In this document: positions 57,376 to 64,000 of the stretch, piece by piece
How positions within the stretch are numbered: the first letter of the stretch is position 1
How the letters are laid out: every line of letters starts with the position of its first letter
From: Vulcanimicrobiota bacterium
GTDB lineage: Bacteria > Vulcanimicrobiota > Vulcanimicrobiia > Vulcanimicrobiales > Vulcanimicrobiaceae
Length of the DNA: 64,000 bases
Reading direction: 5' to 3'
Assembly (NCBI GenBank): GCA_963723515.1
Contig: CAVRQT010000002.1
Location: 448,001 to 512,000, forward strand
The notes under the pieces: model-generated
Database searches by the model: none
Seen by the model: the letters and a program-made list of their open reading frames with translations, nothing else
Told to the model about the DNA's origin: nothing
Position numbers and translations under genes: made by a program

Positions 57376-57382
57376 CCGCGTC

Positions 57383-58105
57383 GTGCATCCACTTTTCTTA
57401 GCCGGTACGGCCTTCGTCGCGTCTACTGTCGAGGCAGTCGAGGCGGTAACGATCGTCTTGGCTGTCGGTTATACGCAGGGCTGGAGCGCGGCGCTGCGAG
57501 GTGCCGCGTGGGCGTGCGTTGCTCTCGCTGCGATCATCGCCATCGCCGGTCCCGCGCTCGTGCATTTCGTGCCGCTTGCCGCGTTGCAGCTGGTCATTGG
57601 GCTATTTCTGGTGCTTTTCGGGTTCACATGGCTGCGCAAAGCGATTTGGCGGGCCTGCGGGCGCAAAGCGCTGCACGACGAGAGCGCAATTTACGAACGC
57701 AAAGTCAAAGCGCTCACCGATGTGAGCCAACGCCGCCTCGGGTTCGCAACCTCGTTCAACGGCGTCTTCATCGAAGGCTTGGAGATCGCAATTATCGTGA
57801 TCACGCTCGGTGCGGCCGCAGGCGGCGGCTTCACGTGGGCGTCGATCGGTGCAGCGGCGGCGGCGCTTGTCGTGATTGCGGTCGCTTTTGTTTTGCGTCG
57901 CCCGTTTTCGCGCGTTCCGGAAAATACAATGAAGTTCGTCGTCGGCATCATGCTCGTTTCGTTCGGCACATATTGGACGGGAGAGGGCCTGCGCATCGTG
58001 TGGCCCTTCGGCGACGTGACGCTGCTCTTGATCATCGCGATCTACATCTTGGCGAGCCTTACGCTCGTCGCGTTGCTGCGACTCGCACGCCCGGCTACCG
58101 TATGA
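57383..58105 (+). CDS. COG4280-like membrane protein (two ExxE repeats, FTR1/LysE-superfamily-like)
   Basis: VEAVEAVTIV and IEGLEIAIIV, RVPENTMKFVVG, six to seven TMs. Confidence 0.75.
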   Translation: MHPLFLAGTAFVASTVEAVEAVTIVLAVGYTQGWSAALRGAAWACVALAAIIAIAGPALVHFVPLAALQLVIGLFLVLFGFTWLRKAIWRACGRKALHDESAIYERKVKALTDVSQRRLGFATSFNGVFIEGLEIAIIVITLGAAAGGGFTWASIGAAAAALVVIAVAFVLRRPFSRVPENTMKFVVGIMLVSFGTYWTGEGLRIVWPFGDVTLLLIIAIYILASLTLVALLRLARPATV

Positions 58106-58278
58106 AAGCCGCATACGAATTCATTGCCGGCAACTCGTTTGTCACGCCGGTGGGATTGGCGCTCGCCGTTTTGGCAGCTTACCTCTTAGAGCATGCGCGG
58201 CTCCCATATGCGGGCCTGGCGCTGGTGGTTATCTTACTCGCAACGCTGACCGTCAGCGTCTTCGAAAGAGTGAATTAA
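58102..58278 (+). CDS. Small two-TM hypothetical protein
   Basis: 58-aa hydrophobic ORF with ATGA overlap on the upstream gene. Confidence 0.6.
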   Translation: MKAAYEFIAGNSFVTPVGLALAVLAAYLLEHARLPYAGLALVVILLATLTVSVFERVN

Positions 58279-59993
58279 TCTTGCGCCGGGTCTTCGGTGA
58301 CGCTGCGCATTTTGCTCGCCGTGCTTTGAAATGGACGCGGATTGAACCACGCCGGCGGCGCATCGCTAATGCCCGGCGGCGGCGTTGCGGGAACGACGCC
58401 GATATCGCCGCAGGTCAAACGCGGTGGAATCGTCAGAATCGCCTGCTGATCGAAGGTCGCATCGCCTGCGGGAATCGGCGCCTTCGTTCCGGCCAGGCGA
58501 TCGTCGTCGAACGCGCCTGAGAGATTTGAAAGCATCGCATTTCCGTCGCGTGGTCCCAGCGGCAGATAGGGCTTCTCATCGGGCAACGAGGCAAGCGCGG
58601 GTAACTTGAAGATCGTCTCCGCGAATTTCAACACCGAATCCTGATCGCTGTACGCACCGACGATGGCGCCGGATTTTGCAAACGGCGAGATCACGATCGC
58701 CGGAACACGCTCACCGTCGCCGCAAGGAAGGCCATCGGGACAACGTTCGAAGTCCTTGGGTGGAACGTGATCCCAATAGCCGCCTGAGTCGTCCCATGTG
58801 ATCACGATCGCGGAATCATTCCAGTAGCGCGACGTCGCGATCGCGCTCACAAGCGACGCGACAAACGCTTCGGAAATCTGTTGGTCCGTGTATCCCGGAT
58901 GGTCGTCGTCACCGTCGAACGTCCGCTGCACCGCCGGATCTTTGTTTGCAGGATGCAAGCCGAGCGCGTTATGCGAGCCGCCTTTGAGATAGAACAGCCC
59001 GCGCGCGGGTAACGCGCCATTCGCTAAGTCTGAATAGAACGCGGAAAGGTCGCGCATCTGGTCTCGCATGATGCCGTTCTTTACGACATATCCGAAGTAT
59101 TGCGGCGCGACATGGTGCGCGATCAAACCGGTATGAGGCGCGGCATAGCCTTCTTCGTACCAGCGCCACGGAATAGCAGTCGGCCCAAATCTCGCGATAG
59201 CAGCTTTGTCGCGGCCAATGTCCATCGTATCGTTGACGACGGCGTTGGTGGTTCGCCGCTGCAGCATCAACAGGATCGTTGCATACGTCTGGTCGATCTG
59301 CATTTGCTTGGGCTGACCTTCATACGGCCCGAACTGCGGATCGAGATCGACGAAGATCGGATCCCCAGGCAGATTGACTTGCGCCGGAAGCAAATTCGGA
59401 TGACGCGCATACTGCGTCAAGCCGTTCTGCGCCGCAATGATTTCGACGTTGCTCGGCGTCGATGGGCTGCGCAGCGCTTGAAAGAAATTGTCGAAAAGGA
59501 CAAATCGTTTCGCGTACGCCCATGTGAATGGAATCGTGTCGCAGTCGAGGTGGTACATCGCTTCAGCGCCCACGGAAGCCCGCTGCGCATCCGTGCCCTG
59601 CTTCAGTGCGCCGGCTTGCGCGGCAACGAAGTTGTCCATCTTTCCGCCGTTGATTCCGGCGTTTAAGACGGCGCGCGCGTTGTTTTCATAGTAGACGTTG
59701 GGATCGGTCAGCTTGAATGGCGTGATGACGGGGCCGTTCGGCGTGGCCTGCTGATAGAAGCCATGCGTGCGTGCAGCATCCGACCAGACGCCGTTCGCGC
59801 CGGGAAATGTCCCGAACTCGTTATCGAAAGAACGGTTCTCTTCGTAGATGATGAAGACGTGGTTGATGCGATGGGCGAGCAATTGATCTCGAGCAGCTTC
59901 CGTCAACGGCGGGGAGACCGCGCGCGCCTCACGGGCGAAAAGGATGCCGGCGCTAACCGCAAGCGCCGCGAGCAGAAATGCGATGCGCTTCAC
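58275..59993 (-). CDS. Secreted phosphoesterase (phospholipase C / acid phosphatase AcpA family)
   Basis: ENRSFDNEFG, DNFF, TWDDSGGYWDHVPP and RVPAIVISPFAK; signal peptide. Confidence 0.88.
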   Translation of the reverse strand: MKRIAFLLAALAVSAGILFAREARAVSPPLTEAARDQLLAHRINHVFIIYEENRSFDNEFGTFPGANGVWSDAARTHGFYQQATPNGPVITPFKLTDPNVYYENNARAVLNAGINGGKMDNFVAAQAGALKQGTDAQRASVGAEAMYHLDCDTIPFTWAYAKRFVLFDNFFQALRSPSTPSNVEIIAAQNGLTQYARHPNLLPAQVNLPGDPIFVDLDPQFGPYEGQPKQMQIDQTYATILLMLQRRTTNAVVNDTMDIGRDKAAIARFGPTAIPWRWYEEGYAAPHTGLIAHHVAPQYFGYVVKNGIMRDQMRDLSAFYSDLANGALPARGLFYLKGGSHNALGLHPANKDPAVQRTFDGDDDHPGYTDQQISEAFVASLVSAIATSRYWNDSAIVITWDDSGGYWDHVPPKDFERCPDGLPCGDGERVPAIVISPFAKSGAIVGAYSDQDSVLKFAETIFKLPALASLPDEKPYLPLGPRDGNAMLSNLSGAFDDDRLAGTKAPIPAGDATFDQQAILTIPPRLTCGDIGVVPATPPPGISDAPPAWFNPRPFQSTASKMRSVTEDPAQD

Positions 59994-60066
59994 GACGCGC
60001 AGTTACAAGGTGAAGGTCGTCGCTCCCTGGCCCGCTTCACGCACATCGCGCCGCGGGTTTCTGCGG

Positions 60067-60909
60067 ATGCCTGAATCGTCGATTCGCGGGGGTGCGGACG
60101 CCGTGCAGATTACCAGCTTCAGCGACGGCCGCGCGGAGCCGCGTTTCGACGAAGTCGCCAAAGAGGAGCCGCTCCAGATTCGTGTGGCAGCGGCCGGGAC
60201 GACCCATGACGTTGCGGTGACGATGCGCACGCCGGGAAACGATTTTGAATTGGCGGCCGGCTTCTTATTTAGCGAAGGACTGATCCGCTCGCGCGGTGAT
60301 ATCGTTTCGCTCTCCTACTGCCTTGACGACACGATTGATATTGAGCAGCGCTACAACATCGTTACCGTTGAACTGCACCGCGACGCCGCTTTCGACCTCA
60401 AGCGTCTGGAGCGGCACTTTGCGATCGGAAGCTCGTGCGGCATTTGCGGGAAGGCGCAACTCGAGAGTCTGCAGATGCGTGTGGAGCGTATCGACAGTGC
60501 TGCGACCGTTGCCGCCGATACGCTGATCGCCTTACCCGAACGACTGCAAGAAGAGCAGCGCGTTTTCGCATTCACCGGCGGGCTGCACGCAAGTGCGCTG
60601 TTCGATATGTCCGGCAAAATACAAGCGGTTCGGGAAGACGTCGGACGCCACAACGCGATAGACAAGCTCGCCGGTTGGGGGCTTTTAAACGATCGGCTAC
60701 CGTACAACGATCGCATCTTACTTGTCAGTGGTCGCTTGAGCTTCGAGATCGTGCAGAAAGCGGCGGTGGCTTCGATTCCGATCGTCTGTGCCGTTTCGGC
60801 GCCGAGCAGCCTCGCAATTGAGGCCGCTCAGGCGTTCAACGTGACGCTGGTCGGATTCTTACGTGGCCGGCGATTTAACGTTTACTGCGGCGCGGAGCGC
60901 ATCGTTTAA
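60067..60909 (+). CDS. fdhD: Formate dehydrogenase accessory sulfurtransferase
   Basis: TMRTPGND, SSCGICGK, TGGLH, EDVGRHNAIDK and SAPSSLA. Confidence 0.93.
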   Translation: MPESSIRGGADAVQITSFSDGRAEPRFDEVAKEEPLQIRVAAAGTTHDVAVTMRTPGNDFELAAGFLFSEGLIRSRGDIVSLSYCLDDTIDIEQRYNIVTVELHRDAAFDLKRLERHFAIGSSCGICGKAQLESLQMRVERIDSAATVAADTLIALPERLQEEQRVFAFTGGLHASALFDMSGKIQAVREDVGRHNAIDKLAGWGLLNDRLPYNDRILLVSGRLSFEIVQKAAVASIPIVCAVSAPSSLAIEAAQAFNVTLVGFLRGRRFNVYCGAERIV

Positions 60910-61692
60910 GAAGGGATCGAGCAGCGCATTAAAGCGCTCCGGAGCATCGGCGTTGCAGACGTGATTGGCGCCTGGAACGACGGCCAATTTTGCGCCGGGT
61001 ATGCCGTCGGCAATCTCCTTCGATAAGGCGAGCGGCGCGATCGGATCGAGCTCGCCGCAGATGACGAGCGTCGGGACCGTGATCGTCGGCAAATCCTTTC
61101 GGTAATCGCCGCCCCACGTCGCTCTTGTTGACGCGACGTAGCTGGGAATCGATTTGCAAGCGTACTGCTCGATCGTTTCGGTGTAGCGCTTCTCGGGCGC
61201 GTTCGGCGCCAACACGCGAGCCGCGCGCGCCTTCGCAAAGTCGCGTAAGTTGCCGGCAGCCGTTGCCGCGTCGATTATTGACTGCGCCGTCTGTTCCGCG
61301 TTCGGGTAGACGGCGAAACTGTCAACGAACGTCAACGAGGCGACCCGTTCTTTGGCTCGCCGCCAGAGCTCAAAGCCGACAACGCCGCCCAGACTGCATC
61401 CGACGAAATGGAAACATTCAAGGTCCGCATCATCGGCGACAGTGAGAACGTCTTGCACGAACCCGGCACGGGTGATCGATGCGGGATCCGGATCCTTCGC
61501 CGCTGCGCCGTTGCCGCGCAACTCGATGGCGAAACAGCGATACCGCGGTGAAAAGGCCGTTAATTGATCGTCCCAAATCGCGGCGGTCGAGCCCACACCG
61601 TGAACGAAAATCAGCCCCGGCCCCCGATCGCCGCTGCTGCGCGCGCCGACCGTAACACCGTCGCTCGCGGTTAACCAGCGTGTTTCGATCAC
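60859..61692 (-). CDS. Alpha/beta hydrolase
   Basis: FVHGVG, GCSLGG, GELD and ANH. GTG start overlaps the polX stop. Confidence 0.85.
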   Translation of the reverse strand: MIETRWLTASDGVTVGARSSGDRGPGLIFVHGVGSTAAIWDDQLTAFSPRYRCFAIELRGNGAAAKDPDPASITRAGFVQDVLTVADDADLECFHFVGCSLGGVVGFELWRRAKERVASLTFVDSFAVYPNAEQTAQSIIDAATAAGNLRDFAKARAARVLAPNAPEKRYTETIEQYACKSIPSYVASTRATWGGDYRKDLPTITVPTLVICGELDPIAPLALSKEIADGIPGAKLAVVPGANHVCNADAPERFNALLDPFLNDALRAAVNVKSPAT

Positions 61693-63425
61693 TGCCGTGC
61701 GCGCTTCCGCCGCACGAAGGCGCGGACATCTTCGAGCGGCCACGCATTGACAACGTCGTTCCGCGTGAGCCATGCACGGCGCGCCTGACCGACCGCAAGC
61801 GCGATATTGTTCAATCCGGCCACATCGTGCGCATCGCTGTCGACGGTGAAGACGACACCGAATTCTTTGGCGCGGCGCGCGAGCGCTGACGGTAGATCGA
61901 GACGCTTTCCCTGTCCGTCGATCTCGAGCGCGGTTCCCGTTCTTGCAGCGGCCGTAAAGACGGCATCGCAATCAAATTCATAACCGGGGCTATGCCCGAT
62001 CATCCGTCCAGTCGGATGGCCGATGATGTTCAAATAGCGATTCTCGCAGGCCCGAATCAAACGGCGCGTCATCTCATCTTTGCTTTGCTGCATGGCCGAA
62101 TGCACGCTGCCGACGACGATGTCCAGTTGCGCGAGCGTATCGTCATCGAAATCGAGCGATCCGTCGGCCCGAATGTCCACTTCGCTGCTGCACAAGGTCG
62201 TAATGCCGTGTTTTCGATCGAGCTGTGCGATCAGCGGCCGCTGCGAGAGCAGTTCTTCGGGGGATAAGCCGATTCGACCGCGTCCCTGCGAGTGGTCCGA
62301 CATCGAGTGATACTCGTAGCCGAGCTGCGCAGCCGCGGCGACCATCTCTTCGAGCGAATCGCGACCGTCGCTCCAGGTCGAATGCATGTGGAAGTCGCCC
62401 CGTATCTCTGAAAGCTCGACGAGTTTGGGCAGCGCGCGGTCGCGCGCAGCATCGATTTCGCCGGAACCGGAGCGCAGCTCCGGCGCGATGTGCTCCATAT
62501 CGAGCGCTTCGTAAACCTCTTTCTCTGTTCGGCAGATGATCGTACGCCCGGACTCGAGCTCTAAGATGCCGTTCTCGCTCACGCGCAGGCCCTTGCGTAC
62601 AGCATACTCGCGCAATTGAATGTTGTGCTCGCGGCTGCCCGTGAAATGCTGCAGCAGATTTCCGTACAGCTCGTCCGGCAAAACGCGCAGATCGATCTGC
62701 AAACCGCCGTCGAGCCAAATCGTTCCTTTCGTCGGACCGTCCGCAAGCACGGCGCGCGCGCGATCCCACCCGACGAAGGTTTTAATGACGGCCGGTGCAT
62801 CGAGCGACGTGCAGACGATGTCGATATCGCCGACCGTCGCTTCAGCACGCCGCAAGCTCCCCGCAAAGGAAATTCGATCGAGCGGAACGCGGCTGCGCAA
62901 ATAATCGACCGTCTCGCCCGCAACGATCAGCGCCGTCGCTAATGGAGTGCGATGGGTGCGTCCTTTGTACGCCAGAATGCCGCGCCGAATGTTGTCGAGC
63001 GTCTTGGGTCCCATGCGCGGCGCACCGGCGAGCGTTCCGGATTCAATCGCCGCCTCCAAGTCGCCGACCGAACCGATGCCGTATTGCTGGAAGAGAATCG
63101 CCGCGGTCTTCGTCCCGATCCCAGAGACGCTGAGCAGTTCGAAAATCGTCGGTGGAAAGAGGCCGTATAACTCGGCCAAAAGCGAACATGAGCCGCTTTC
63201 GCACAGCTCTGAAATCGTCGTGGCAATCGACTTGCCGACGCCGGGCAGTTTGAGCAGTTCTTCGCCCGAGAGTTGCGAAATCGGCGCCGCGTTCTCAACG
63301 GCCGTTGCGGCTCGCTCGTACGCCATGAACTTGTAGAACGGCTCGCCTGCCAACTCCATGAGGGTGCGAATCTCGTTGAGCTTGCGCGCAATTTCGGCGT
63401 TACCGAGCACAACCGCGTTCCGCAT
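61689..63425 (-). CDS. polX: DNA polymerase/3'-5' exonuclease PolX
   Basis: GSLRR, GDID, IDLR and HFTGS, plus PHP domain HMHSTWSDG, HPTGR and DSDAH. Confidence 0.93.
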   Translation of the reverse strand: MRNAVVLGNAEIARKLNEIRTLMELAGEPFYKFMAYERAATAVENAAPISQLSGEELLKLPGVGKSIATTISELCESGSCSLLAELYGLFPPTIFELLSVSGIGTKTAAILFQQYGIGSVGDLEAAIESGTLAGAPRMGPKTLDNIRRGILAYKGRTHRTPLATALIVAGETVDYLRSRVPLDRISFAGSLRRAEATVGDIDIVCTSLDAPAVIKTFVGWDRARAVLADGPTKGTIWLDGGLQIDLRVLPDELYGNLLQHFTGSREHNIQLREYAVRKGLRVSENGILELESGRTIICRTEKEVYEALDMEHIAPELRSGSGEIDAARDRALPKLVELSEIRGDFHMHSTWSDGRDSLEEMVAAAAQLGYEYHSMSDHSQGRGRIGLSPEELLSQRPLIAQLDRKHGITTLCSSEVDIRADGSLDFDDDTLAQLDIVVGSVHSAMQQSKDEMTRRLIRACENRYLNIIGHPTGRMIGHSPGYEFDCDAVFTAAARTGTALEIDGQGKRLDLPSALARRAKEFGVVFTVDSDAHDVAGLNNIALAVGQARRAWLTRNDVVNAWPLEDVRAFVRRKRARQ

Positions 63426-63466
63426 CACCAGGATTGTGTTCGACGGATGAAAAGCTTGTCCACCAC

Positions 63467-64000
63467 ATGCCGATCTTGGACATGCGCGCCGCAACATTTT
63501 CCGATCGCAAGACGATTGTAACGCCGATCACCGTTGCGCTCGATCAGGGTGAGAGCGCCGACATCGTTTTTGAAAGCGGTCTCGCCGCCGGTATTGCGGC
63601 GCGCTTAGCGGCCGGCATCATCAAATGCAGCGGTGGAACCGTATTCATCGGCGGCTTCGATCCGAAGATCCAACCGGTGCAAGCGAAACGCATCGTCGGC
63701 TTCGTCCCCCACGAGCATGCCGGCAGCATGCCCAACGCGCGCGCCTACTTCGCATACCGCGCCGCACTTTGGGAAATTGACCCTGGGCAGGCGATCTTAG
63801 AGGGTGAAGCGCTTCTACAGCGTTTCGATGGACTTGCGCTCGATCAATCGATCGCGTTGGCAGGCGCGCTCTTGCATCGGCCGCGCTTGCTCTTGCTGGA
63901 CCGGCCCACGCAGTTGATGCGCGAAGCGGCGGAAGACGCGGCGCGAGACGCCGCGCTCTTTGCGGCGCACGGACCGGGTGAAGGCGCTCCGAGCGCTTCC
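63467..64000 (+). CDS. Degenerate ABC-ATPase-like protein (runs off the window end)
   Basis: Open frame from ATG 63467 to the window end with GTVFIGGFDP..AKRIVGFVP and ALLHRPRLLLLDRP. No Walker A. Confidence 0.6.
   Translation, partial: MPILDMRAATFSDRKTIVTPITVALDQGESADIVFESGLAAGIAARLAAGIIKCSGGTVFIGGFDPKIQPVQAKRIVGFVPHEHAGSMPNARAYFAYRAALWEIDPGQAILEGEALLQRFDGLALDQSIALAGALLHRPRLLLLDRPTQLMREAAEDAARDAALFAAHGPGEGAPSAS

Overview
A GC-rich (roughly 60% by eye) bacterial chromosomal segment made up mostly of core metabolism. In order it carries: fadD, comEA, leuS, a galE-like epimerase and comEC; a VOC/YciI/DoxX detoxification cluster with an HxlR regulator; sixA; a wHTH-TPR regulator facing two lipoproteins; glnA/amt; katG with a PerR-like regulator; nadABC; an ABC-2 exporter; rsmI-metG-tatD; and a large respiratory-biogenesis block (menG, polyprenyl synthase, tatAC, resB/ccsA, Rieske and cytochrome b-c, and a hem/siroheme operon with unusual fusions). 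It ends with arginase, an AI-2E transporter, a beta-lactamase-like protein, ilvE, a phosphoesterase, fdhD and polX. About 16 genes, several normally essential, are split by single-base indels, which looks like uncorrected long-read error rather than real pseudogenisation. I found no rRNA, tRNA, CRISPR array, prophage or transposase. The most notable hidden signal is a small CPYC glutaredoxin whose apparent TGA stop is followed by three codons, a TAA and a correctly spaced SECIS-like hairpin. This suggests a C-terminal selenocysteine (UXX-star-like) protein that ORF callers would miss. Other leads are structured leaders before amt and before the AI-2E transporter, nested REP elements, a SirC-HemC-half-HemD fusion, and a fused cytochrome b/subunit IV/cytochrome c with a PAWY Qo motif. 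The lineage cannot be fixed from this window; my impression of an Eremiobacterota/Terrabacteria-type soil bacterium is unverified inference.
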